This document shows, piece by piece, positions 1 to 9,866 of a stretch of DNA of 32,000 bases (position 1 is its first letter; every line of letters starts with the position of its first letter). Origin of the DNA: Gammaproteobacteria bacterium (GTDB taxonomy: Bacteria > Pseudomonadota > Gammaproteobacteria > JBIOEC01); the NCBI GenBank assembly GCA_965279305.1, contig OZ257143.1, positions 1,710,001 to 1,742,000 of the forward strand, given 5' to 3'. Position numbers and translations under genes: made by a program. Under the pieces are notes generated by a model. It searched no databases, was not told where the DNA came from, and was given only the letters and a program-made list of their open reading frames with translations.

Positions 1-62
1 ATACAAACCCCCTTTCATAAAATGAAGCACAGTATACCGTTGGGGTATAGGTTTGGGAAGTG

Positions 63-1850
63 TTACTGTGCAGTAGCATTCATTGAAGAAGTAGGTCCAC
101 CTGCTGTTCCTGCTCCAACAAAAAATCCACCATCAGGAATGGTATCAATAGCAGCTGTTTTATACACCCAAAAATTATCTGGAAAGCCAACAACTAATAC
201 CGGCGTTTGAGGATTAGTAGTAATATCTCCTCCTCCTACTATGCATAACGCACCTCCCTGGAACGGGGTGCAACTAACACCAGATAAGACCGCCGAAGAA
301 GGTAAACCAAAAATAGAACCGACCTGATTGTACCACGTAGAACCCGCATTATTACTCGTCAATAAAATAGGCTCAAGCGAGGGGTTATATCCTACCATTA
401 CACATTTAGCAGTTAAACCACTGCCTGCACAACTGGCTGCTACTAGCTGAGAAGAGTCGGCAAACCCTCCAGGAACATTATTAGACCAACTCGTTCCACC
501 ATTTTGAGTTACCAGTAATACCAAAGGTGCTCTTAATGTTTCTTTCTCTACAGATACTATAGGATCACCGGATCCCACTACACAAACCGTATCTGAACCA
601 CCACTACCCGTGCATGCTACTGAAGTAAGATGACCGGTTCCCCCTGGAGCCACACTACTAATATTATTCCACGACCCAGCTGCACCCGTATTACTAATTA
701 AAAAAGGACCCGTAGAACTTGAACCTGCAGCCACACAATAAGGAGCGGTTGGAGAAATACTGGTACAACTCACTCCTTGTAAACGTGCACCTGCACCCGG
801 AATACTATTTACGGTAGCTCTAGACCAGCTTACGCCACCATTAGTCGTTTGCGCCACAATAGGTTGAGGAGTAGAAGGTGTTGTTGTATTCGTTCCCACC
901 GCAACACAAGTAGCAGTAGAAGGAGAATCGCCTCCTGTGCAGCTAACCGCATTCATAATGGTAGTAGCAGGCAGTGTTACACTCACGGAAGTTCACGTGG
1001 TTCCATTTCTACTTTGCCATATCGTCGGGGCATTAGTAGTTGATTGGCCTACAGCCGCACATAACACGTAAATTCCTGGAGTTCCGGTACAACTGACGCC
1101 ATATAAAAACCCTGTTGTAGCAGGTAGAGAACCAGAGCTAATAGTATTCCAGGTATTTGCACCATCCGTACTGGTTATGACAAAAGGCAAAGTAGGAGTA
1201 GACGTTTTATTACCACCAACGCCCACGCAAATAGCGGTACTGCTAGGACCTGTGCAGCTAGTGCTATTAATACTTCCTGCCGTTACACTCCCTGGAATGG
1301 CATCTTGTTGATTGGTCCAATTAACTCCTTCATCGTTACTCGATACTAAAAAAGGAACGCCCCCAACCATCTCGCCATTCAGCGTAATTCCCTGCGTTAT
1401 ACCAGCAGCCACACCTAAACCGGTATTCGTTCCAGGAGGAATAGGAGACGTTTGTGTCACATTCAATGGATAATTCGTTCCCGCACAGGTAGTTCCATCT
1501 GACATGCATACAAACAAACGATTGCTAGCCCCGCCCTGATTCGGATCAACAGGGCCTGAAATAGTTAACTCTAAAGTACAACTCGCAAATGCAGGTAAAT
1601 TAAAGGTAGTTCCACAAGTACCAGTTAACGCATTAACCACATTTTCAGGTAAATATTTAACAAAATTATTCGTGCGATCATAACGCGTATTATTCGTGAC
1701 AGTATAAGTCGCCCCCACCGTACCATCTTCTGGAACAGTAGTGGGCAATGCACCATCAGGCACAATATCAAAAGGTAAATCTGAAGCATTAACATTAAAA
1801 ACGAATAATAACGTTGTAATAAAAAAAAATAACTGGTTTGTTTTAAACAC
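63..1850 (-). pseudogene. Secreted Asp-box (BNR-like) beta-propeller repeat protein; frame interrupted by one in-frame TGA at 993..995 (ORFs 993..1850 and 63..986 are a single frame)
   Basis: The two minus-strand ORFs share a frame and are separated only by TGA (tca at 993..995). The GTG start at 1850 has AAGGAAA about 8 nt upstream. The N-terminus MFKTNQLFFFITTLLFVFNVNA looks like a Sec signal. After an unrecognised domain of about 110 aa come 7-8 tandem units of about 50 aa. Each has G-x-[ST]-W (DEGVNW, DGANTW, NGGVSW, AAGSW, NGGTSW, NAGSTW) and a Cys pair SC[TA]G..C. The stop occupies the Trp slot of unit 3 (SRNGTT*). Confidence 0.6.
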
Positions 1851-1865
1851 GTTGGCTTTCCTTTT

Positions 1866-2645
1866 TTACGAGAACACGTATGTTAACTGCAACAAAATTT
1901 CTTGATTATAAAGCTGATGTTTTTCAAGACTATGCTCTAGATTAGTCGCATCTAAACTCGATTTCTCTAATCCAGCTTTTCCTAAATCAGTAAGCCTATA
2001 GCCCAAACCTAAGCGCAATGATTCTTCAATAATGTCATAATCCACACCTAAACCTACGCTATAACTAAAAGAGGTTTCCGTTTTATCCTCATATTGTGGT
2101 GTAAAAATAAGCAAGGGATCCACATTATCGCTATACTCTTCCGAACGATTGATCGCAGCTCCTATACCTACAATAAAATAAGGATGATATTTTTCCTTCC
2201 ATTCCGTCAGAAATTTAGTTTCCCACATAATTTGATACGTTCTAATTTTGAAATGATAATCGTAAACAGGTGGGGAAAGCTGACCTGCATCGGGAGTTAA
2301 ATTTCCTTTGGATGAAAAAGGGGATGTTTGATAATACGCAATACCGCTTTGTAAAAACCAATCATCATTCCATTCAAACTCTCCTCCCAACAAAGCACCC
2401 CATGCGCCACGGGTTTGAGTGTCTTGATGGGAGTCATAATCGTAAGTGGTAAACCCCACATCATAATTGGCTGAAGCATCCACCTTAGCAAACGCTAAAC
2501 CGCCCATGACAGCAGCCATAGGCTCTATTTCTATTTCACGTACCCTATCAAAAAAACGATCGAAATAAACAAAATCATCACTGATGGCAAGTGATGAAGT
2601 AAGCATAGAAAAAAATAAAATAGATAATCGCTGGTAACTTCTCAT
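1866..2645 (-). CDS. Small outer-membrane beta-barrel protein (putative), family not identified
   Basis: The ATG at 2645 is preceded by AAGGA; a TTG at 2666 is a possible alternative start. The N-terminus MRSYQRLSILFFSMLTSSLAISDD is signal-like. The body has alternating aromatic/polar strands and Gly turns (GLGVDYD, LGLGYRLTDLG), and the C-terminus is ...LQLTYVFS. It ends 15 nt upstream of the propeller gene on the same strand. Confidence 0.5.
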   Translation of the reverse strand: MRSYQRLSILFFSMLTSSLAISDDFVYFDRFFDRVREIEIEPMAAVMGGLAFAKVDASANYDVGFTTYDYDSHQDTQTRGAWGALLGGEFEWNDDWFLQSGIAYYQTSPFSSKGNLTPDAGQLSPPVYDYHFKIRTYQIMWETKFLTEWKEKYHPYFIVGIGAAINRSEEYSDNVDPLLIFTPQYEDKTETSFSYSVGLGVDYDIIEESLRLGLGYRLTDLGKAGLEKSSLDATNLEHSLEKHQLYNQEILLQLTYVFS

Positions 2646-2761
2646 TACAAACCGTCCTTGGCTCAAGTAATTTTAATAATCTTTTTGCAGTATAGATAGT
2701 ATTTGTCGAAATGCAATTGAGAAAAATTCACAATAACAGAAGAAATATTAAGAAATAAACC

Positions 2762-3787
2762 CTAAAAAATCACCATAGCGTCGCCATAGCTAAAAAAGCG
2801 GTAACGCTCTTTGATCGCTTCTTGATAAGCAGCTAGCACGGCTTCTCGTCCTGCAAATGCAGAAATCAGCATTAATAGTGTAGATTTGGGTAAATGAAAG
2901 TTTGTTAACAGGGCATCAATCACACGAAACTCAAAACCAGGATAAATGAAGAGATTGGTTTCACCCGAAAAAGGTTTTAATTCGCCATTCAATGCAGCCG
3001 TTTCCAAACTACGTGCACTGGTGGTTCCCACGGCAATCACACGTCCACCCTGCTCTTTTGTTCTTTTTATTTGATCACAAACGCTTTGGCTCACTTCCAA
3101 ATATTCATAATGCATTTTATGATCTTCAATATGTTCCACTCTCACGGGCTGAAAGGTACCTGCACCTACATGCAATGTGACTTCTGCAAATTGAACACCT
3201 TTTTCTTGCAATGCATTTAGCATTTTTTTATCAAAATGTAATCCGGCCGTTGGAGCGGCCACAGCACCGGCGGTTTTGGCATAAACGGTTTGATATCGCT
3301 CTTGATCGAGTGCTTCATCCGCGCGCTCCATATAAGGAGGTAATGGCATATGGCCAAACGTTTGTAATAATTCTGTTAAAGGTAAGATACTACTCAGTAG
3401 AAACAAACTGTCATCTCTGGACTCTACCGTTAAAAATACTGTTTCATTTAAAAATAAACGAACGCCTGAGCCGGGTGATTTACTCGCTCTAACATGAGCC
3501 CATGCTTGGTGCTCATCCACTAATCTCTCAATTAAAATCTCTACTTGGCCGCCGGTTTCCTTTTTGGCAAATAAACGCGCAGGAATCACTTTGGTATTAT
3601 TAAAAACCAATAAATCACCAGGGTGAATTAAATCAATCAGATCGGAAAATTGTTGATGAGAGACTTGACCTGTTTGTCTTGATAAACATAACAGTCGACT
3701 ACCGGTTCGTTCAGATAAGGGATATTGGGCAATTAATTCGTTAGGTAATTCGTAATTAAAATCATCTACTCGCACACATGACCTCAC
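2762..3787 (-). CDS. queA: S-adenosylmethionine:tRNA ribosyltransferase-isomerase
   Basis: Full-length QueA-like translation: [62 protein letters not shown]. Confidence 0.9.
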   Translation of the reverse strand: MRSCVRVDDFNYELPNELIAQYPLSERTGSRLLCLSRQTGQVSHQQFSDLIDLIHPGDLLVFNNTKVIPARLFAKKETGGQVEILIERLVDEHQAWAHVRASKSPGSGVRLFLNETVFLTVESRDDSLFLLSSILPLTELLQTFGHMPLPPYMERADEALDQERYQTVYAKTAGAVAAPTAGLHFDKKMLNALQEKGVQFAEVTLHVGAGTFQPVRVEHIEDHKMHYEYLEVSQSVCDQIKRTKEQGGRVIAVGTTSARSLETAALNGELKPFSGETNLFIYPGFEFRVIDALLTNFHLPKSTLLMLISAFAGREAVLAAYQEAIKERYRFFSYGDAMVIF

Positions 3788-3792
3788 TACAC

Positions 3793-5967
3793 TTAAGCTA
3801 GCTCTAAATCGATTTTTCGTTCGTCTAAATCAATTCTCGCCACACACACTTTTACTTTATCGCCTAAACGATATTTTTTACCCGCGCGCTCGCCGCCAAG
3901 GCTTTGAGTGCTAGGATCAAACGTATAATAATCATTAGGTAAAGTAGCTACATGCACTAAACCGTCTACCCAAATATTTTCTAAGGTAACAAAAAAGCCA
4001 AACCCTACCACACCGCTAATAACTCCATTATAAACTTCGCCTAATTTATCAAGCATATATTCGCATTTTAGAAATAACATCACATCACGAGTTGCTTCAT
4101 CCGCCCGTTGTTCACATAAAGAAGACTGATCGCCTAAATGCTTCATTTCTTCTAGTGTATAAGGCGCTGGCGTTTTTTTATTTCGTTGGTCTATTTGCCA
4201 ATAAATCATACGATGTAATAGCAAATCAGGATAACGACGAATAGGTGAAGTAAAATGCGTGTATTCATGATAAGCCAATCCAAAGTGACCAATATTTTCA
4301 GGAGAATATTGAGCGCGATTCATGGTTCTTAATAATACTTGATTAACTAAAGTAGCTTCTGGGCGATCTTGCACTTCACTAATCATTTCTGAAAAATGTT
4401 GCACAGTCGGTTCTTTTCCACCTGGCAATTTAAAGCCTAAGCTTAATAAAAACGCTCTAAGATCAGTGATTTTTTCCATGGTCGGCTTTTCATGCACACG
4501 ATACAATATAGGAAATTTATTTTGCTCAGCAAATTTAGCCGCGCATACGTTAGCCACTAACATACATTCTTCAATAATGCGGTGAGCTACATTTCGTTCA
4601 ACAGGAACAATGGCTTCAATCTTTTTATTATCACCAAATTTCACTTTGGTTTCAGTGGTAATAAATTCTAATGCGTGTCGCTCTTCGCGACGTTCCCACA
4701 ATTTCTTATAGAGTTTGTGCAAATCATGTAAATGAGGCAATACTCTTTCATACTGCTTTTCCGGCTCTTCATTTTTCTTTGTTAATAATTCAGCCACAAT
4801 CGTATAAGTTAATCGTGCTTTTGAATGAATAACGCCAGGATAAAACTGAAAACGTTTAACATGCCCATCAGCATCTAAAGCGACTTCGCATACCAAAGCA
4901 AGTCTATCTACATTGGCTTTTAATGAGCACAACTCGTTAGATAATTCTTCGGGTAACATGGGAATAACGCGCTGAGGAAAATAAACAGAAGTTCCGCGTT
5001 CGTAAGCTACTTCATCTAATGCAGTGCCTATAGGAACATAATGACTCACATCAGCAATGGCTACGTATAAAATCCAACCACCTTTAGGTGTTTTTTCACA
5101 ATATACGGCATCATCAAAATCTTTGGCATCTTCACCATCAATAGTCACAAAAGGTAATTCACGTAAATCTTTTCTACCTTCTAAATCACTTTCAGGTACC
5201 GTTGTAGGCAAATGTTTAGCTTGTGCCAATGCGGCTTGTGGCCATACATAAGGTAATTGATGGCTTCTGATGGCCACATCAATTTCTACACCAGGTCCTA
5301 AATGTTGACCAATGACTTCGGTAATTTTTCCAGTAGCAGGAGCATGTTTATCAGGATATTTGGTAATAGAAGCCACTACCATGTCGCCTTCTTTGCAATC
5401 ATTGGTATATTGGTGAGGAATAATAATATCGTGACGCAAATGTCTATCTTCAGGAATAACTAAATGAACGCCGTTTTCAACGACATAACGTCCTACTACT
5501 TCGCTAACACCACGCACTAAAATTTCAACAATATTGCCTGAGAGGCGGCCACCTTTATCTTTATTAACCACACTCGCTAATACCGTATCACCATGAAATA
5601 CACGTGTCATTTGCTGCGGCGCTAAATAAAGATCTTTGCTACCATCATCAGGAATAACAAAACCAAAACCATCTCGGTGCGCTTCTACGCGTCCTCGAAC
5701 TAAATTCATTTTATTCAGTAAGCCATAGCTACCCGCACGATTACATAGCAACTGCCCGTCTCTTTCCATAGCGCGCAAACGACGTCTTAAGGCCTCAAGT
5801 GCGTCAGGTTTCTTTACTTTTAAAGACTTAGCGATAGCCGCCAAAGGCATGGGTTTCTTCTGCCTTTTTAAGCAGTCCAAGATAAACTCACGGCTAGGAA
5901 TAGGGTTTTCGTATTTCTCCGCTTCGCGGGTAGCAAAGGGATCCTCTGGGAAACGGTTGCGGGGCAT
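3793..5967 (-). CDS. rnr: Ribonuclease R (3'-5' exoribonuclease)
   Basis: N-terminal HTH/cold-shock region, an RNB catalytic core ([42 protein letters not shown]) and a C-terminal S1 domain ([13 protein letters not shown]). I use the ATG at 5967 ([11 protein letters not shown]...). The 26 codons further upstream in the ORF track have no RNase R-like sequence. Confidence 0.9.
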   Translation of the reverse strand: MPRNRFPEDPFATREAEKYENPIPSREFILDCLKRQKKPMPLAAIAKSLKVKKPDALEALRRRLRAMERDGQLLCNRAGSYGLLNKMNLVRGRVEAHRDGFGFVIPDDGSKDLYLAPQQMTRVFHGDTVLASVVNKDKGGRLSGNIVEILVRGVSEVVGRYVVENGVHLVIPEDRHLRHDIIIPHQYTNDCKEGDMVVASITKYPDKHAPATGKITEVIGQHLGPGVEIDVAIRSHQLPYVWPQAALAQAKHLPTTVPESDLEGRKDLRELPFVTIDGEDAKDFDDAVYCEKTPKGGWILYVAIADVSHYVPIGTALDEVAYERGTSVYFPQRVIPMLPEELSNELCSLKANVDRLALVCEVALDADGHVKRFQFYPGVIHSKARLTYTIVAELLTKKNEEPEKQYERVLPHLHDLHKLYKKLWERREERHALEFITTETKVKFGDNKKIEAIVPVERNVAHRIIEECMLVANVCAAKFAEQNKFPILYRVHEKPTMEKITDLRAFLLSLGFKLPGGKEPTVQHFSEMISEVQDRPEATLVNQVLLRTMNRAQYSPENIGHFGLAYHEYTHFTSPIRRYPDLLLHRMIYWQIDQRNKKTPAPYTLEEMKHLGDQSSLCEQRADEATRDVMLFLKCEYMLDKLGEVYNGVISGVVGFGFFVTLENIWVDGLVHVATLPNDYYTFDPSTQSLGGERAGKKYRLGDKVKVCVARIDLDERKIDLELA

Positions 5968-6020
5968 GTTAGAATTTTTCCTGATCTGAATACATAAGTT
6001 GGTCATAATTATACTACATC

Positions 6021-6500
6021 TTGGTGCAAACGGGGTGTAAACCAACCATTAACTGGATATTTAACTTGGAAATCACACCAACTACGCAGCCTGCCAGCCT
6101 TATTCGCCGATTAGGAGCCATTTTTTATGACTCCCTGATCCTTTTGGCCATTCTTATGCTGGGCACCTGGCTGATTATGCCTTTTACCAATGGAAACCCT
6201 GTCAGCCCTGGCGTACTACTCTATCAACTCTATTTGCTGCTCTTGGGAGGGTTTTACTATGTGGGCTTCTGGGTTTATTGCGGGCAAACCGTAGGCATGC
6301 GCGCCTGGCGGATTAAAGTGGTCAATAGTGATGGCAGCCCTCTTTCTTGGAAACAAGGCATGCTACGAGCTTTCTACGCGCTTATTACTCTATTACCCGC
6401 AGGCTTGGGCCTTTGGTATATGTTGTTTAATGCTGAAAAACAAACCTGGTATGATCTGATGTCGCATACCCGCGTTATCCGCCACAACCCGCGTATCTAA
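6021..6500 (+). CDS. RDD family membrane protein
   Basis: RRLGAIFYDSLILLAI... is followed by hydrophobic helices and GMRAWRIKVV, the usual RDD-domain layout. The start is uncertain: TTG at 6021, GTG at 6024 or TTG at 6066, with no ATG and no clear SD. Confidence 0.65.
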   Translation: MVQTGCKPTINWIFNLEITPTTQPASLIRRLGAIFYDSLILLAILMLGTWLIMPFTNGNPVSPGVLLYQLYLLLLGGFYYVGFWVYCGQTVGMRAWRIKVVNSDGSPLSWKQGMLRAFYALITLLPAGLGLWYMLFNAEKQTWYDLMSHTRVIRHNPRI

Positions 6501-6502
6501 TA

Positions 6503-6560
6503 TCACCTCTCCCTTGAGGGAGAGGTCGGTTTCGCGAAGCGAAACCGGGTGAGGGGGAAT
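6503..6560. repeat. REP/MITE-like palindromic element, short form (two adjacent perfect 9-bp stem-loops)
   Basis: Hairpin 1 is ACCTCTCCC-TTGA-GGGAGAGGT (6505..6526). Hairpin 2 is CGGTTTCGC-GAA-GCGAAACCG (6527..6547). The tail is GGGTGAGGGGGAAT. Both ends recur, in inverted orientation, at 31296..31450. It lies between the convergent RDD and DUF1622 genes. Confidence 0.7.
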
Positions 6561-6564
6561 CATT

Positions 6565-6894
6565 TTAAGCTTTAGAACGCCCTTCTAGCATTAGGATATA
6601 GCTGAGCACTGATCTCACCGCGATGGTTGCTGCTAATTGGGCAAACTCTTCCCAACCTGGTTTTAATACTGTCCATAAAATATCGGCGGCAATTTGAAAT
6701 TCTAAGGCTAATAATAAAAACCGTGAAAGTACCAAACGCGTTTTGGCATAATAATCAGCCTTGCTATGGGCATGCATAGAGCTCAACAAAGTATAAAGAG
6801 CAATGATCACCCCGACCACAATCAACACCACACTGATGGAGCTAATTGAAAATATCAGAATTCCCGTTATTTCATGCAAAAAAGTTTCCATCAT
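6565..6894 (-). CDS. Small integral membrane protein, DUF1622-like
   Basis: 109 aa with three hydrophobic segments. The LLALEFQIAADIL motif is as I recall it for DUF1622, so the family call is from memory only. Confidence 0.5.
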   Translation of the reverse strand: MMETFLHEITGILIFSISSISVVLIVVGVIIALYTLLSSMHAHSKADYYAKTRLVLSRFLLLALEFQIAADILWTVLKPGWEEFAQLAATIAVRSVLSYILMLEGRSKA

Positions 6895-6956
6895 TTTTTC
6901 TCCACAATGTATCTTTTAAAGTTAGCCAGGTATTCCCACAAGTCAAGGATGAGTAT

Positions 6957-7688
6957 TTAATATCTTAAAAAACCGGCAGGATCGCGATGAAGTAATTGGC
7001 GGCGTTCTCGGTGATCAGGCATCACTGAAGCTACAAATGCCCAGTAATCTTTAGAGTGGTTTTTAAATTTCACATGACAGAGTTCATGCACCATTAAATA
7101 ATCTATTAAATCTAAAGGTGTTAGCATAATGCGCCAGTTCAAGCGAATAATATTTTTAGTATCACAGGATCCCCATCGATGTTTAGGATCGGTTATTTTC
7201 ATTGAATGGTAATGCACACCTAGTTTTTCTTTCCAAAAATCTAAACGATCACACAAAAAATCATAGCCGGAGCGGTAACAGAATTTTTTGACTTGTTGGT
7301 AAACCATTTTTTTATGATCATCACTATTTTCGAAAGGTTTAACCGCCACAGAAAGCTTATGATCTTCATAGATCACTTTGGAACGCTTGGCCTCACCAAT
7401 ATGTAAAGAGCAAGGCATACCTGCAAAAAACAGTGACTCTTCATGAGAAAGTTCATAGCGAGGCAAAGGTGTAAAACCTTCCATCTTGGATAAAATCCAT
7501 TCTTGATTGGTTTCTAAAAAAGCTTGTACTTCTTGGTCGCGAGTGCGCCACGGTGTCAGTACGATAAGACCTTCGTGAGGGTGTAAAGAAAGCGTTAACG
7601 TTCTACGTCTTCGTTTACTACGCTTGATAGTATAAGTGAGAGCGATATCAGCTACCGTCAATACGGCTTTTGAAATCTGAATGGGCAT
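6957..7688 (-). CDS. YgjP-like metal-dependent hydrolase (DUF45 / M48-type HExxH)
   Basis: Basic N-terminal segment YTIKRSKRRRRTLTLSL and a zinc motif MVHELCHVKFKNHSKDYW near the C-terminus. Length of about 240 aa is typical of the YgjP family. Confidence 0.8.
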   Translation of the reverse strand: MPIQISKAVLTVADIALTYTIKRSKRRRRTLTLSLHPHEGLIVLTPWRTRDQEVQAFLETNQEWILSKMEGFTPLPRYELSHEESLFFAGMPCSLHIGEAKRSKVIYEDHKLSVAVKPFENSDDHKKMVYQQVKKFCYRSGYDFLCDRLDFWKEKLGVHYHSMKITDPKHRWGSCDTKNIIRLNWRIMLTPLDLIDYLMVHELCHVKFKNHSKDYWAFVASVMPDHRERRQLLHRDPAGFLRY

Positions 7689-7721
7689 TCCTTACCTCAA
7701 TCTATGGTCTAACATTATATT

Positions 7722-8885
7722 TTATAAAGCTTGATCTAAATCAGCGATTAAATCATCCACTTCTTCTATTCCAACAGACACACGAATTAAATTATCATGT
7801 ATACCAAATTTATCACGCTGAGCTTCTGGAATAGCGGCATGAGTCATAATACCTGGATGCTCTACTAAAGATTCAACACCCCCTAAAGACTCTGCCAAGG
7901 TAAATACTTTTAATTTTTCTAAAAAGTCAGTAGCCGCTTTTTTATCGCCTTTAATATAAAAGCTAATCATGCCACCAAAGGCTTTCATTTGTTTTTTTGC
8001 CAAAGCATGTTCTGGATGCGAAGCTAATCCAGGATAAATTACTTTTTCCACTTTTTTATGTTTTTCTAAATGTTCCGCAATTTTTTGCGCATTTTCACAA
8101 TGACGCTGCATTCGCAAAGATAGCGTTTTAGTAGAGCGCAATAATAAAAAACAATCTTGAGGTGCAGGTACTGCGCCTATGGCATTTTGTAAAAACTTTA
8201 ATTTTTCATAAAGCGCTTTATCATTCATAACCAAAACGCCACCAATCACATCGGAATGGCCACCTAAATATTTAGTAGTAGAATGGCAAACAATATCAGC
8301 GCCCATGACTAAAGGATTTTGCAAATAAGGCGTTGCAAACGTATTATCTACTGCCACTAAAATTGAGGAATTGGCTTTCTTAACCGCTTTTACTATTCCT
8401 GCAATATCTACCACTTTAAGCATAGGATTGGTAGGACTTTCTGTCCAGACTAACTTGGTATTTGGTTTGATAGAAGATGTTAAAACAGCAAGATCGCCTA
8501 AATCAATTTGCGTATATTCAACACCAAACTGTTTAAAAACCTTGTCAAATATTCTAAAAGTACCACCGTAAACATCATCGCCCACAATCACATGATCACC
8601 CGATTTAAAAAGATGAAGCAAGGTAGATAAAGCCGCACATCCTGAAGAAAAACATAATCCATATTGTGCTTGCTCTAAAGACGCTAAATTTTGCTCTAAA
8701 GCATCGCGTGTAGGATTAGAGGTACGAGAATATTCATGGCCATTATAAGTAACCCCAGGACTATGCTGCGCATATGTCGAGGTTTGATAAATGGGCGTCA
8801 TCACTGCACCCGTAGTTGGATCAGCATGTTGCCCTGCATGAATAGCACGAGTAGAAAAACCTAATTTAGTAGTATCTTTTTTCAT
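7722..8885 (-). CDS. Cystathionine gamma-lyase / gamma-synthase family PLP enzyme
   Basis: Cys/Met-metabolism PLP fold: TRAIHAG, YSRTSNPT, DNTFATPY, and the lysine motif HSTTKYLGGHSD. About 387 aa. Confidence 0.85.
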   Translation of the reverse strand: MKKDTTKLGFSTRAIHAGQHADPTTGAVMTPIYQTSTYAQHSPGVTYNGHEYSRTSNPTRDALEQNLASLEQAQYGLCFSSGCAALSTLLHLFKSGDHVIVGDDVYGGTFRIFDKVFKQFGVEYTQIDLGDLAVLTSSIKPNTKLVWTESPTNPMLKVVDIAGIVKAVKKANSSILVAVDNTFATPYLQNPLVMGADIVCHSTTKYLGGHSDVIGGVLVMNDKALYEKLKFLQNAIGAVPAPQDCFLLLRSTKTLSLRMQRHCENAQKIAEHLEKHKKVEKVIYPGLASHPEHALAKKQMKAFGGMISFYIKGDKKAATDFLEKLKVFTLAESLGGVESLVEHPGIMTHAAIPEAQRDKFGIHDNLIRVSVGIEEVDDLIADLDQAL

Positions 8886-8894
8886 AATGTTCCC

Positions 8895-9866
8895 TTATAA
8901 AAAACCGTATTCGATCATCCAATCTTCGGAAATAAACTTAGACACATAACGCGAAGCAGAATCTGTTAATACGGTAACAATGATTTTATCTTTCCCTACT
9001 TTTTTAGCCAATTCAACGGCCGCATGAACAATAGCGCCAGATGAACCACCGCAAAATAAGCCTTCTTCTTTGATTAAACGACGGCTCATAGTGAATGCTT
9101 GATTATCATTCGTTTGGATCATTTCATCAATTACCGAAAAGTCTAAAGCATCGCATAAAATATCTTCTCCAATACCTTCTACTTTATAAACGCTAGGAGT
9201 GACTAATTTGCGGGTATAAAAATAATCATAATGTATGCTACCAATAGGATCTGCTCCCACTATTTTGATGGCAGAATTTTTTTCTTTTAAAAACTTACCC
9301 ACACCAGAAATAGTACCACCCGTTCCCGTACCTGCCACAAAATAATCGAGTTTTCCTGCAGTATCTTCCCAAATTTCAGGCGCAGTGGAATGATAATGCG
9401 CCTCGGCATTAAACGGGGTGTGGTACTGATTCACATAAAAACAATTAGGCGTTTCACGAGCAATTCGCTTAGCGGTTTCAACATAGTGATCAGGAGAATC
9501 CCCTGGCACATCCGTAGGGGTTACAATTACTTCAGCACCAGCGGCTTTGAGCATATTAATTTTTTCCATGCTCATTTTATCAGGGAGCGTCACAATACAA
9601 CGATATCCTTTTACCGCGGCTATCATGGCTAGGGCTAACCCTGTATTGCCTGAGGTATTTTCTACAATGGTTCCACCTGGCTGCAATAGCCCTTTTTTCT
9701 CAGCTTGTTCAATAATATAGTGCGCCATACGGTCCTTTATAGAACCTGATGGGTTCATAAACTCACATTTAACCAAAACAGTCGCATCATTAGGAGAAAC
9801 CACATGATTTAGCTTAACCAAAGGGGTATTGCCAATTGCTTCTAAAATGTTGTTTTTGATACGCAT
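8895..9866 (-). CDS. Cystathionine beta-synthase / cysteine synthase family PLP enzyme (no C-terminal CBS-domain pair)
   Basis: IGNTPLVKLN, NPSGSIKDRMA (PLP lysine), SGNTGLALA, GTGGTISG. I use the ATG at 9866 (MRIKNNILEAIGNTPL); the 13 upstream codons look non-homologous. It ends 9 nt before the gamma-lyase gene. Confidence 0.8.
   Translation of the reverse strand: MRIKNNILEAIGNTPLVKLNHVVSPNDATVLVKCEFMNPSGSIKDRMAHYIIEQAEKKGLLQPGGTIVENTSGNTGLALAMIAAVKGYRCIVTLPDKMSMEKINMLKAAGAEVIVTPTDVPGDSPDHYVETAKRIARETPNCFYVNQYHTPFNAEAHYHSTAPEIWEDTAGKLDYFVAGTGTGGTISGVGKFLKEKNSAIKIVGADPIGSIHYDYFYTRKLVTPSVYKVEGIGEDILCDALDFSVIDEMIQTNDNQAFTMSRRLIKEEGLFCGGSSGAIVHAAVELAKKVGKDKIIVTVLTDSASRYVSKFISEDWMIEYGFL

Noticed and set aside
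1-62. TATACC-CCAAC-GGTATA hairpin (minus strand) downstream of the propeller gene, as a terminator
   Set aside because: The stem is 6 bp with no adjacent U-tract, and it lies at the window edge with no downstream context.
993-995. TGA decoded as Trp (genetic code 4) or as selenocysteine
   Set aside because: TGA terminates leuS, holA, nadD, rsfS and rlmH in this same window, at positions matching normal protein ends, so a genome-wide code change is excluded. The aligned residue in the other repeat units is Trp rather than Cys, and I see no reason to invoke a SECIS element.
1821-1829. A9/T9 homopolymer in the signal-peptide region (FFF) of the propeller gene, as a phase-variation tract
   Set aside because: A7-A8 runs also occur inside housekeeping genes here (lptE near 12603, lipB near 27606, lipA near 28061). 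A 9-mer in this AT-rich genome is therefore not clearly exceptional, and there is no evidence of length variation.
5968-6045. N-terminal extensions in the ORF track for rnr (5968..6045), mrdA (15250..15357), rplU (24829..24909), nadD (13870..13911), the CBS-like gene (9867..9905), the YkvI-like gene (21384..21428) and the OMP gene (2646..2666)
   Set aside because: In each case the conserved protein sequence begins at an internal ATG. That ATG either overlaps the upstream stop (ATGA coupling) or has a better SD, and the extensions would overlap neighbouring genes or promoters.
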